Positions 24,801-39,800 of a stretch of DNA of 64,000 bases are shown here, piece by piece (position 1 is the stretch's first letter; each line of letters starts with the position of its first letter). Both the position numbers and the translations under genes were made by a program. The notes under the pieces were generated by a model that was given only the letters and a program-made list of their open reading frames with translations, was not told where the DNA came from and made no database searches. The stretch is from NCBI RefSeq assembly GCF_045636185.1, contig NZ_JAZTXC010000109.1, positions 3,187-67,186 on the forward strand. Direction: 5' to 3'. Origin of the DNA: Methanobrevibacter sp. (lineage in GTDB: Archaea; Methanobacteriota; Methanobacteria; Methanobacteriales; Methanobacteriaceae).

Positions 24801-27800
24801 AACCCCATATTTAATTGCTAAAAATGTAGAGGAAGTTTCACATGTTTCATATGATGCTGTAGAAGGTATTGTTGATTTACATCCTATTCAAAGTTATTTC
24901 TTTGATCAAATTAATAAAAATGAATACAACCAACATTATATTCTAAAATCAACAGAAAAAATAGAATTAAATAAATTACAATCTGCATTCGATGAATTAA
25001 CCAATATTCATGATATGCTACGTGCAACATATAGATTTGAAGATAATGAACCTATTCAAGAAATATTGCCTGTAAATACAAGAGTATGCGAAATAAATGA
25101 AATATATAGTGATGATGACATAAACAGTTCAATAAGAAGTATTTTTAGAGATATCCATAATAAATTAAATTATGAAAACAATTTAATCCATATAACACTT
25201 TTCCACCACAATAACGAATCATATGTCATTTTTGTTATTCACCATTTAATCATTGATGGTGTCAGCTGGAGTATTCTTATAGATGATTTATCCTATATTT
25301 ATTATAAAATTGGATCTAAAAATAAAATCAGCCTTCCTAGACCTTATCCATATAAATTATGGGTTAATGATGTGAAAGAACTGGCAAATAATATTTCTGA
25401 TGAAGAAAAACAACATTGGCTGGAACTTAATGAGTCACTTGATGATTCCAAACTTTGCGGAAAATCAATAGTATACAGTTTAAAAGCGGAAAATTATTAT
25501 AATCCAGATAATTTATTAATGTTATCTGAAGAAGAATACTGGGCATTATCTATTGCACGTGCTTATAAAAAGACTTATGGAGAAAATCTCATCCTTAATC
25601 GTGAATCTTATGGTCGTGACGAAACTTTAGCTAATGTCAGTCGTACCATCGGATGGTTTACCACACAATACCCTGTATCATTAGACTTAATCAATGATTA
25701 TGACAATATTTCTTTAATATTAGATGTTTACAACCTTAAAAATTCATTTAAAAATATTAATAACCTAGGTTTGAATTACGGGTCATTGATATATGGAAGC
25801 GATGAATTGGAATATAAACATTGTCCACTTACATTTAATTTCTTAAGTACTGAATTCATATTTAAAAATAGGCTATTTGAATCACTTAATATCTTTTTAT
25901 CTGAAGATAACATTAATAAATCAGAATTTGAATCCACATCCTATGGTATTACAGTCAATATTGCTTCCGTTGATGATGAATACATTATCGGTGGAGATTA
26001 TGCTAAAAACACCTATATTGCTGAAAAAATCAATTTATTCTTTGAAAATCTTAAATCTGAACTAAAATTTATCGGCAATTACCAATTTGATGAAGGATTA
26101 ACTTGTTGTTTGTCTGAACCACAACTAGGAATCTACTTGGATGAAAAAATCGAGGAAAAAGGTACTGCATATTCAAATCCTGGATATTACGAATGTGATT
26201 TAAATACAACCCGTGAAGAAATAATAAATGCTATCCACACATTAATTGAGAAACATCCTATCTTAAAAGGCCATATTGTAGATACTCCAAATATGCCTCT
26301 TTTAGTCTGTGATAGTTATCCTTCAATTGAATTTAATGAAGTTACAGACATTTTTGAAATTATTGAACCGTTTGAATTAGATAAATTATTAGTCCGTTTT
26401 TATATCAGCATCGATGAAAACAATAAAACAATATATTATGACATTCACCACATCATCAGTGATGCTACAACAAGAGCTATCATCAATAAAGAATTAGATG
26501 AAATTTTAAATAAAAATTCCGATGATAAAATAGATTACGGTTTTATTAAAGCTAGCTATGATGCTTTTGATTCAAAATATAAAAAACAGTATCAGGAAGC
26601 ATATGACTTCTTCAATAATCAATTTAACGATTTAGATGATGTTCCAGAATTATTGACAGATATTGGCGGACAGGCAGGCATTGTTACTTATCCAATCCAC
26701 AATATTCGTAGCCAATTTGAAGCATTTGCTCATGAAAATAATATCACAATAGGTTCTTTACTGAATGCAATATTTGCCTATTCATATTCCCGCCTTATAG
26801 GCAGCGACAAAGTTTACTTTAACTTTACCGAACATGGTCGTCATGAAGATTATTCCCAAGATGCATTTGGAATGTTTGTTCGAACAATCCCATTATTGAT
26901 AAATTGTAAAAACACATCAACAAAAGATTATTTAAATCAGGTGTCCGATTTAATTTTGGATTCAATGCTTCATAGCATTTATCCATATAGATTACTTGCA
27001 AATGAATTTGATTTAAAAAATAATGTTACTTTTGAATACAATTATGATTTAAATGATACATCAGACATAGAGAATGGAATTAAATTTAAAGAGATGAATT
27101 ATAATTTAGTTTCTGAATTCTTATGTGTTATAAATGATCTGGATGACGGATATCTCATAACTGTTGAACATACAGACAAATATTCAAAAGATACAATTAT
27201 TCGTTTTGTTGAAGTATTTAAAGAAGTAATGACTCAAATAATAAATAAAGATGCATTAAAAGACATTAATTATATTACCAATAGGGATTTAAAACTTTTA
27301 GATGAATTTAATGATACTAAACATGATTTAGACTACAATGATATATTGGATGCATTTAATAATAATCTTTCCAAATATCCAAACAGTAACTTGACAAAGG
27401 TAAACAATAAAGTCTATACATATGGTGAAGGAGCATTTATTGCTAATAAAATAGCTGAAGAGTTAAAAAAATTAGGAGTTAACTCACAAGACAATGTTGC
27501 ATTCTTAGTTAATCGTTCAGGAAACTATTTATTTAGTATTTTAAGTATCCTGTCCGTTGGTGGCATATATGTTCCATTAGACAATACCCTCCCAGATGAA
27601 AGAATCGAATTCATACTAAAAGATACTGACCCTAAAGTAATTATTGTAAGTGATGAGACTTATGAAAGAGCTGAAGGATTATCCAAAAATTGCATTATTT
27701 TAAACATAGACCGCATATTAAATCAAGAAAATGGAACTTTATTCAAATTAGATGTTGAATATGGTGATTTGGCTTGTATTTTATACACCAGCGGTACTAC

Positions 27801-30800
27801 AGGTCTTCCTAAAGGCGTGAATATTACTAGAAAAGCCGTTATTAATATGTCATCATATTATGTTGACACATATGGATTAAGCAATGCGGATAATTATGGC
27901 TTATTTGCAAATATTGGTTTTGATGCTGGTTCATTAGGAGTATTTGCTGCAATATATGCTGGGTCTTGTTTATATGTAGTTCCAGACAATATAAAATTAA
28001 ATATTAATGAAATGAACGAATATTTCATCGAACATGGCATTACCCATACTTTTATTACAACACAAGTTGGAAAACTCTTTGTACAAAGCGTAGAAAATAC
28101 TTCATTAAAAGTTTTATTAGTTGGTGGGGAAAAATTAGGTGCGATTGAAAGTCCTGATGATTATAATCTAATCGACATTTATGGTCCGACCGAAACATTT
28201 GTATTTGTTTCATCAATTAATAATAAAGACAAAATAACTTCTTCATCAGTGGGTTCATTAAGCTATAATACCAAAGCATATATCTTAGATAATGAAAAAA
28301 GACCTGTTCCTTATGGTGCTGTTGGAGAATTATATTTATCAGGTTATCAAACTTCAAAATATTACATAAACCGTAGAAAAGAAAATAAAAAAGCATTTAT
28401 TGATAATCCATTCAGCGATGATGAAAATTATAAATTATTGTATCGTACAGGAGACCTTGTGCGTTTATTGCCTGACGGAACATTATCTGTTGAAGGCCGT
28501 AGAGATAAACAAGTTAAAATTAGAGGGAATCGTGTAGAATTATCTGAAATAGAAAGTACTATCCGTGATTTGAAATTAATTAAAGATGTTACAGTTCAGA
28601 CAATACAAGATAAAAGCTACTGTAAATTAGTTGCATATGTCGTTACATCAGGTGATTTAAACGAAAACTCAATTGCAAAATATGTTTCTAACCACATAAG
28701 TAAAAATAAACCTGATTATATGGTTCCTTCATTCATCATACCTCTGGATAAAATTCCTTTAAATCCAAATGGTAAAGTCGATAAAAATGCATTGCCTGAA
28801 ATTAATTTAGAAAGTTTGCATGGCGAATATGTTGCACCAATAACAAAAAATGAAAAGATGATTGTAGATGCATTTGAAGCTGTATTCCATAAAAAAATCA
28901 GTATGAATGATGATTTCATCCAGTTGGGTGGTGATTCATTAACTGCAATTAAAGTACTTCTACATATGGAAGGACAGAATATTACAGCAAGAGAAATTTT
29001 AAGTCTACGTACACCAAAAAATATTGCAGAAAATATTAATGAAGAATCATTTGATTTGGATATTTATTCATTAGAAAGTGGTTGTCCATTAAATGAACCT
29101 CAATTGAACGTATATTTAGATATAATTGCCAATAATAAAATGAATGCATATATCATTCCATTTTCAATGAGCATACCTAAAAAATATGATTATGACAAAA
29201 TAGCAGATTCTTTAGATAAGATGTTAGAAATCCATCCTATTTTGAATATGTGTGTTGATGATAGTACAGACATTCCATATTTAATAAAAGGGCATGGCCC
29301 GGAAATTTTATTTAAATCTGAAAATGATAAGGAATTTATTGATGAGTTCTTAACAAAAGAATTTGATTTACATAGCAGTTTATCTAGATATCTGATTATT
29401 GAAAATGAAAACGAATATAGATTATATGCAGTTTTCCACCATTTAATATTTGATGCATTATCTAATAATGTATTTAAACAGGATTTATTATCAATATTTA
29501 ATAATGAAAAAATTGATGTCGACGACTCATTTTTAGAAGTGTCCGCATACACACAACAAATTCAAAAAATCGAAGAATATACTCAAGCAGAAGAGTTTTA
29601 CGATTCAATGTTAACTGATATAGAAGATGCAGGTACATTACTAAACGATGTGAATGGTAATAATTCAGGCGTTTATCATCTTAATTTAGAATTTGATGAC
29701 AAATCAATTGATGAATTGATAAACAAATATTCCATTAATGAAAACATTTTATTCACAAGTATTTTTGCATATACATTATCCAGATTTACAGGTAGTGAAA
29801 AAACACTATTTAACATTCTTGAAAACGGACGGGATAGATTAAACAACTATAATGCAATAGGAATGTATGTAAATACAATACCATTAGTTGCCAATTGTGA
29901 AAATCAGGACATACAATCATATATGGACTCAATGTCTAATTTAATTTATGATGCAATGAAATACAATTATTATCCATTTAGAACATTAGCGAAAAAATAT
30001 GGTATTGATTCTAGCATTATTTTCCAATATATTCCTAACTGGGTCAGTGGAGTTGATAGTTCTACTCATATCACAGAGGTTAATGGAGAGAACAATATCA
30101 ATACCGACAGTCCTATTAATGACTTTAGTTTTGAAGTCATACAAGAATGCAATAGTTTTATCTTAAGAATAACTTATTCAGACAAATATTCCAAAGAAAC
30201 AATTGAAAGATTTGCAGAAACATATAAATTAATATTATCTGAAATAACAAAAGTTAAAGAGCTATCAAACATTAATTGCATAACAGAAGATGATTTAAAA
30301 CTCTTAAATTCATATAATGATACTGAATATGAATTAAAATACAATGATGTTTTAGATGCATTTAATAATAATCTTATCAAATATCCTAAAAATAAATTAG
30401 TGTCATTTGAGAATAATTCATACACCTATGATGAAGGAGCATTTATTTCAAAACAACTAGCTGATCATTTAAAAGATAGTGGTGTTAACATAGGTGAAAA
30501 TGTCGCATTTTTAACTAAAAGATCCGAATCTTATCTCTTTTCTATTTTGGGTATTTTATCTGTTGGCGCAGTTTATGTTCCATTGGAAGAAAAACTTCCT
30601 GAAGAACGTGTAAACTTCATATTAAATGATGCAAATATTAAAGTAATCATTACAGATGATGAAAATTATGAGCGTGTAGAAAACACAACAGACAATATAA
30701 AAATCATAAATATATCAGATATCCTAAATGATAAAATTGAAAAAATATCTCATTTAGATAGCACATATAGTGATTTGGCTTGTATACTATATACAAGTGG

Positions 30801-33800
30801 TACTACAGGCATTCCTAAAGGAGTAAAAATTACTAGAAAAGCTATTATTAACTTTGTTGAGTTTTACATTAATGATTCCGGTTTAAATTCTGATGACATC
30901 TTTGCGTTATACAGTTCAATTGGTTTTGATGTTGGTGCTATTAAATCTGTTCTTTCACCAGTATGCTGTGGCGCTTGTCTAGACATAATACCTGAAGACA
31001 TTAAACTTGATATACATAAATTAAATAAGCATTTTATCAAGAATAATGTTACCCACACCAATATTACAACACAAGTGGCCAAATTATTCATAAACAGTAT
31101 TGAAGAAACTTCATTAAAAGTTTTGGTTACCGGTGGAGAAAAATTAGGGGAAGTAAAAACACCTGCCAATTATAGATTCATTGATAATTACGGACCAACA
31201 GAAGCATGTGTATCTGTAACCAATATTGATGTTAATAAAAAAATTGATTCAACATCAATCGGTTATTTAATAAATAATACGAAAGGATATGTATTGGATA
31301 ATGAATTCAGACAAGTGCCTGTTGGAGCCGTTGGAGAATTATATCTTGCAGGAAATCAAATAGCTGAAGGATATCTAAATCGTGACAAAGAAACCGAAGA
31401 AGCCTTTTTAAGAAATCCTTTCGATGAAGAATACGATATGATGTATCGTACAGGAGATATGGTTAGATTCTTACCTGACGGCACATTAGCTATTGTAGAC
31501 CGTAGAGATAAACAAGTAAAAATCAGGGGAAACCGTGTAGAATTATCCGAAGTGGAATCAATTATTCATGAATTTGATAACATTATTGATGTTACCGTTC
31601 AAACAATAGACAACAATGAAAATAAAGAATTAGTTGCTTATGTAGTTACAAAAGAAAAAATAAATGACTTAAAAGATTCACTTTGTAAATTCATAGCTAA
31701 AAATAAACCTGATTATATGGTTCCTTCATTTGTTATTGAATTAGATGAAATTCCTTTAAATATTAACGGTAAAGTAGATAAAAAAGCATTACCTGAAGTC
31801 GATTTAGAAAGTTTACGTGCAGAATATATCGCTCCAAGAAATAAAATTGAAAAAGACATTACAAATGCTTTCGAAAAAGTATTTAATCAAGAAAAAATCA
31901 GTATAACTGATGATTTCATGACTCTTGGTGGGGATTCATTAACTGCAATCAAATTATTATCCAATTTAGAAGATTATAATATCTCTGCCGCAGACATTTT
32001 AAGTTTACGTACACCAAAAGCAATAGCAGAAAACATTAATAATATTTCATTGGATTTAGATATCTACTCATTAGAAGATGGATGTCCTTTAAATGAATCA
32101 CAATTAAATGTATACTTAGACATTATTGCAAACAATAAAGTCAGCGCATACCTCATTCCACTTGAAATGAGAATTTCTAAGGAATATGATATTGAAGAAA
32201 TCAGCAATACTTTAGATAAGATGCTGGAAGTTCATCCAATATTGAGCATGTGCGTTAGTGATGAATATGACATGCCCCTATTAATTAAAGGATCCAAACC
32301 ACAAATTATTATTGAAAATGAAATTAATGATGAATTCACTAATAACTTCTTAACTAAATCATTTGATTTATATGAAAACTTGTCCAGATTTTTAATTATT
32401 GAAACAGAAGAAGATTACAAATTAATAGCTGTTTTCCACCACATGATATTTGATGGTTTATCTGATGGAGTATTTAAACAAGATTTTGCAACAATTCTCA
32501 ATGGCGGAATAGTAAATGTCGATGATTCTTTCTTAAAAGTTTCTGCATTCAATAAACAGATACAAGATAGTAATGAATATGATGATGCAGGCAAATTTTA
32601 TGATGAAATGTTAGTGGATTCCGATGAAATTAGTGTTTTATTGGATTCTGCATTGTCTGATGGTCCTGGTGTTTGTCAAAGTGATTTAGAAATAGATTAT
32701 AATACATTTAAATCATTTTTAGATACAAAAGGAATTAGTGAAAATGTAATATTCACCAGCACATTTGCTTATACATTATCCAGATTTGTCGGTAGTGAAA
32801 AAGTATTATTCAATATTACAGAAAACGGACGTGACAGATTTAACAATTACAATTCCATTGGAATGTATGTAAACACATTGCCTATACTTGCAGACTGTAA
32901 AAATCAAACTACAGCATCATTCATAGATTATATGTCTAAAACAATTTATGGGGCAATGAAATACAACTACTATCCATTCAGAGTACTGGCCAATAAATAT
33001 AATTTAAATTCCAGTATTTTATTCCAATTCCTACCTGATTGGATTGGTCTTGATGATGAAAACATTAGTGAAATAGAAGTTTCACCTGAAAACATCATTA
33101 ATGATATGGAAGACTTTATTACAGATTTAAGTGTCAACATTATTCAAAAAGGCGAAAGTTATGTTATAAACATCCTTTATTCAGAAAAATATTCGAAAGA
33201 TATGATTGAACACTTCATTGAATCATATAAACTAATAATATCCCAATTAATTAGTGTTAATGAATTGTCTGCAATCAGTTATGTTTGTGATGATGATTTA
33301 AAACTATTAGATTCTTATAATGAAACCGAACATCCACTAAAATATAATGATATTTTAGATGCATTTAATGATAATTTAGCTCACAACCCAGATAACAAAC
33401 TTGTCTGTTATAAAGACAGATTTTACTCATATGGCGAAGGAGCATTTATTGCAAATGAGATTGGAACTGCTTTAAAAGACCTAGACATTGGATTGGACGA
33501 TAAAGTCGCGTTTTTAGTTGAAAGATCTGAACTATATATGTTTTCTATTTTAGGTATTTTGTCTGCAGGCGCAGTTTATGTTCCATTGGATGATGCACAT
33601 CCTGATGAGCGTATAGAATTCATGTTAAAAGATAATGATACTAAAGCCATTATTGTTTGTGACAGTACTTATGAGCGCGTTTGTAGTTTAGCCAATGATA
33701 CTGTGCTTTTAAATATTTCAGATATCCTTAAAAAGGATATTAGTGAATCATCCGATTTAAGTGTGAATTATGGTAATTTATCTTGTATTTTATACACTAG

Positions 33801-36800
33801 TGGAACAACTGGTGTTCCTAAAGGTGTTAAAATAACTAGAAAATCCGTAATTAACTTTTCAGAGTTTTATGCTAAACATTATGGATTGACAAAATATGAT
33901 GTCTTTGCATTGTATGCTTCCATTGGTTTTGATGTGGCTATGGAATCAATATTTGCATCAATCTTTTCAGGAGCCTGCTTAAATATAATCCCTAATGAAA
34001 TTAAATTAGACATGAATGCCATGAATAGTCATTTTATGAAGCATAATGTCACTTTCGCTCACCTTCCTGCACAAGTTGCAAAATTATTTATCAGCCAAAC
34101 AAATAACACTTCCCTTAAAGTTTTATGTGCTGGTGGTGAAAAATTAGGTGAAATAGAAACAGATACAAACTACAAGTTCTTTGATACATATGGCCCTACA
34201 GAAACATTCATTGATGTAACAAGCATTAATATAGAAGATAAAGTTGATGCTTCATCCATAGGTCATTTATTTGACAACACCAAAGCATATGTATTGGATA
34301 ATGAAAAAAGACGCGTACCATTAGGTGCTGTTGGAGAACTATATATAGCAGGATACCAAGTAGCGGAAGGTTACTTAAACCGTGATGAAGAAACAAACAA
34401 TGCATTTTTAGATAATCCATTCGTTGATAATAAAGATTACAATATAATGTATCGCAGTGGAGATTTAGCGCGAGTATTGCCTGACGGTTCACTGGGAATT
34501 GTCGGACGTAACGATAATCAAGTTAAAATCAGAGGAAACCGTGTAGAATTAAGTGAAATAGAAACAACTATACGTGAAATAGATTATGTGGATGATGTGA
34601 CAGTTCAAACAGTTAAACATGATACCAATAATGAATTGGTGGCATATGTAGTAGTATCTAATGATTTAGATGGAAATATATTAAAAGATTCAATTCATAA
34701 TCATGTTGGTAAACATAAACCAGAGTACATGATTCCATCATATGTCATTAAACTAGACAGCATTCCTTTGAATGTAAATGGTAAAGTAGATAAAAATGCA
34801 TTGCCTGTAGTTAATTTTGATTCATTACAACGAGAATATGTTGCTCCAATTACAGATAATGAAAAGATAATTATTAATGCATTTGAAGAAGTGTTTAATC
34901 AAGACAAGATTAGTTTGTACGATGACTTTGTCCATCTCGGAGGAGATTCCCTAATTGCTATTAAGATATTATCCCATTTAGACAACCACAATATTACTGC
35001 AGCAGATATTTTAAGTTTACGTACCCCTTACGCAATTGCTAATGCTATTGGAGGAAAATCATTTGATTTAGATATATATAATTTAGATACTGGTTGTCCA
35101 TTAAATGAACCACAATTAAATGTATATTTAGATATTATTGCAAATGATAAAGTTGATTCTTACATTATTCCAATTATCATGGATATTTCAAAAGAATATG
35201 ATGTTAATGAGATATTTAATGCATTAGAAACAATGATTAATCTTCACCCAATATTGGGTATGTGTGTTGATAATGACTACGATATTCCTTACTTAGTAAA
35301 AGGATCTAAACCAAACATATCCCTTGAAAATAATATAACAAAAGGATTTATTACAGAATTTTTAACAAAACCATTTGATTTATATAACAGTTTATGCAGA
35401 TTCTCAATTGTTGAAAATAAAGATAAATATTTATTATTGGCTGCATTCCACCACATTATTTTTGATGCATTATCAGATAGCATATTTAAACAACATTTAC
35501 AAACAATTCTTGATGGTGGAATTGTAAAACCTGATGAATCATTCTTAGAAGTATCTGCTTTTACACAACAAATCCATGAATCTGAAGAATATAATGAAGC
35601 CCATAAATTCTATGATAAAATGCTGGCAGATAATGATGAGGTTGGCATTTTATTAGATAGCGTGATGGCTGATGGTCCAAGCGTTTGTCAAAGTGATTTA
35701 GAAATAGACTATAACTTATTTAAATCATTTTTAGATACAAATGAAGTTAGTGAAAATGTATTATTTACCAGTGTTTTTGCATATACATTATCCAGATTTG
35801 TCGGTAGTGACAAGGTACTATTTAACATCACAGATAACGGACGTGACAGATTCAACAATTACAATGCAATTGGAATGTATGTAAACACTTTACCTATGCT
35901 TGTTGATTGTAAAACTCAAGATATCTCATCATTCATTAATTATATGTCAGATATCGTCTATGGAGTTATGAAATATAACTATTATCCATTTAGACAGCTT
36001 GCAAAAGAATATAATATTGATTCTAATATATTATTCCAATTCTTACCTGAATGGATTAGTAATGATAATGAAACTCCTGCTGAAATTGAATCAATATCCG
36101 AAGAAAGCATCATTGGAGAAATGGATGATTTAATTAATGATTTGACAGTTGAAGTTATTCAAAGAGGTCAAAAATATAATTTAATAATTATGCATTCGGA
36201 TAAATATTCCAAAGCAATGGTCGAAAGATTCATTGACTCATATAAATTAATATTATCACAAATAATCCATGTTGACAAATTATCTGATATTGAATATATT
36301 ACAAAATCCGATTTAGAGATTTTAAATGAAATTAATCAGACTGAATCCGATTTGGAATTCAATGATATTTTAGATGCATTCAATAGCAATCTATTAAAAT
36401 ATGAAAATAAAATTCTTCTAGGTTATGGCAACAATAGCTATACCTATGGTGAAAGTGCATTTATTGCTCAAGAAATTGCCGATAGATTGAATAATTTGGG
36501 AGTTTATTCTCAAGAATGCGTTGCCCTTTTTGTTAATCGTTCAGAATGGTATTTATTAGCAAGTATGGGTGTCTTATCCATTAATGGAATTTATGTCCCT
36601 ATTGAAAGTACATATCCTGATGACCGTATTATTTTAATGCTTAGGGATAGTGGATCCAATGTTGTTATTGCCAGTGATGAAACAGAACAACGCATCAATA
36701 AAATTATTTCAGATAATAATTTGGATATTGATGTTTTAAATGTATCAGACATCACCAATAATATCAGTAGTTTAAATCATTTGAACACTGTAGAAGTGAA

Positions 36801-39800
36801 TGAAAAAGATATTTCTTGTGTTTTATATACTAGTGGTACTACAGGTACTCCAAAAGGTTCTTTAACTACCCGTAAAGCTATAAATAACTTTGTTTCATGG
36901 TATGTAAAAGAAACTGAATTTACTTGTAATGACATTTATGGAATGCATTGTTCATATGTGTTTGATATTCATACTGCTGCCCTATATGCACCTATTGTTA
37001 CTGGTGGTTCATTGTATATTGTTCCAGATGACATTAGATTAGATTTGAATGCTTTAAATGAATTTTATGTTAAACATGGTTGTACTCACACATATATCAC
37101 GAGCCAAGTTGGAAAACTATTTGCAGAAAGTGGAATGGACACCACAATTAAACTTTTATGTTTCGGAGGAATGAAATTAGGCGAATTGAATGCTCCAGAT
37201 TCAATTGGACCATTTGAAACATATGGGCCATCAGAGAACTTAGCTGTATCCACAAGCATATTTGCAAACAGCCGTATACATCATTCAAGTATCGGATACT
37301 TTATTGACAATGTTAAAGGATACATTTTAGATAAGGAACATCGTCGCGTACCTTTAGGTGCGGTTGGTGAATTATACCTTGCAGGTCACCAATTAACACC
37401 AGGATACCTAAATCGTGAAGAGGAAAACAGCAAATCATTCTTCGATAATCCATTCGATAATGAAAAAGATTATGAAAAAATTTATAGTACCGGAGATATT
37501 GTTAGATTATTACCTGATGGCACTTTAGGCATTGTTGGACGTCGGGACAGTCAAGTAAAAATCAGAGGAAATCGTGTAGAACTCACAGAAGTTGAATCAG
37601 TCATTAGAAGCATTTCTGATGTTGAAGATGTTACCGTTCAAACAATACAAAATAATGATAATAACGAATTAGTTGCATATATTGTAGCATCCAATGATTT
37701 AGAAGATAATGAGTTAGTTAATTATGTCCGTGATTATGTAAATAAACACAAACCGGATTACATGGTTCCGACATATGTTATAAGATTAGATGAAATTCCA
37801 TTAAATGTAAATGGTAAGGTAGATAAACGTGCTTTGCCTGATGTTGATTTGGAAAGTTTGCGTGCAGAATATGTGGCTCCAAGAAATGAAACAGAACGTG
37901 AAATCATTGAAGCTTTCGAAACCGTGTTTAATCAAGATCAAATTGGTATTTATGATGATTTCATTGGTCTTGGCGGAGATTCATTAACTGCAATCAAATT
38001 ATTATCTCATTTAGAAGATTATAATATCACAGCTGCAGATATTTTAAGTTTGCATACACCAAAAGCAATAGCAGAAAACATTAAAAATATTCAAATGGAT
38101 TTAGACATCTATTCATTAGAAGAAGGATGTCCTTTAAACGAAGCACAATTAAATGTATACTTGGATATTATAGCAAACAATAAATATAATGTATACCTCA
38201 TCCCACTTAGAATGGAAATCTCCAAGGAATACGCCATTAAAGAAATCGAAGATGCATTAGATACAATGATAAATATTCATCCAATATTAGGCATGCGCAT
38301 TAGTGATGAATATGAAGTTCCATATTTAATTAAAGGATCTAAACCTTTAGTTTCAATTAATTCTAATGATGATGAGGAATTTATAATCAATTTTGTTAAC
38401 GAATCCTTTGATTTACATGATAATTTATGCAGATTTTTAATCGTTGAAAATGAATCTGATTATATATTATATGCGGTTTTCCACCACATAATATTTGACG
38501 CTTTATCAGATAATGTATTTAAACAAGATATGAAAAATATTCTTGAAGGAAATGAATTGAAAGTTGATGATTCATTCCTTAAAGTATCTGCTTTTACCCA
38601 GCAAATACAAGAATCCGAAGAATATGGTGAAGCTGGTGAATTTTATGATGAAATGCTAGTAGACAATGAGGAAGTTGGTATTTTATTAGAGAGTGAATTA
38701 TCCGATAGACCTGGATTCAAGCAAATTAACCTAGACATAGATTATGACATATTCAAATCATTTTTAAATGAAAATGCAATTAGTGAAAACGCATTATTTA
38801 CTAGTGCATTTGCATATACATTATCCAGATTTGTCGGTAGTGACAAAGTACTGTTTAACATCACAGACAACGGACGTGACAGATTCAATAATTACAATGC
38901 AATAGGAATGTATGTAAACACATTGCCTATGCTTGTTGATTGTAAAACTCAAGATACCACATCATTCATCAATTATATGTCAGATATCCTCTATGGAGTC
39001 ATGAAATATGACTATTATCCATTCAGACAACTTGCAAATGAATACAATATTGACTCCAACATATTATTCCAATTCATGCCAGAATGGATTGAAAATGAGG
39101 ATAAAACATCTGATGAAATAACTGAAGAAAGCATTAATGAAAACATAGATGAATTAATTAACGATTTCACAGCAGAAGTGATTCAGAAAGGCAGAAACTA
39201 TACTTTAATCATAATGCATTCTGATAAATATTCTAAATCAATGATTGAAAGATTCATTAACTCATATAAATTAATATTATCACAAATGATTAAAGTTAAT
39301 GAATTATCCGACATAAATTATGTTTCTAAATCAGATTTAGAACTTTTAGAGGATATTAATAAAACCGAACATCCTTTAATCTTTGAAGATCTCTTAGATG
39401 CGTTTAATAACAATCTTGCGAAATATCCGGACAATAACCTTGTTTCTTATAAGGATGTTTGTTATACTTATGGTGAAAGTGCTTTTATCGCAGATAAAAT
39501 AGCTAAACAATTAACTCACCTAGGTGTCAAATCACAGGATAATGTAGCGTTCTATACTCAACGCTCAGAATATTACTTACTATCTGCATTGAGTATTTTA
39601 TCTATCGGTGCTGTTTATGTTCCTTTAGATGATAATTTACCTGATGAAAGAATTAAACTGATATTGGAAGATACTGAAGCCAAGGTCATTATTGTTGATG
39701 ATGAGACATGTGAAGATGCCGTCAATTTATTCGGAGACTATATGATTTTGAATGCATCAGAAATTATTAAAAATAATAAAGGTACATTATCTAATTTACC

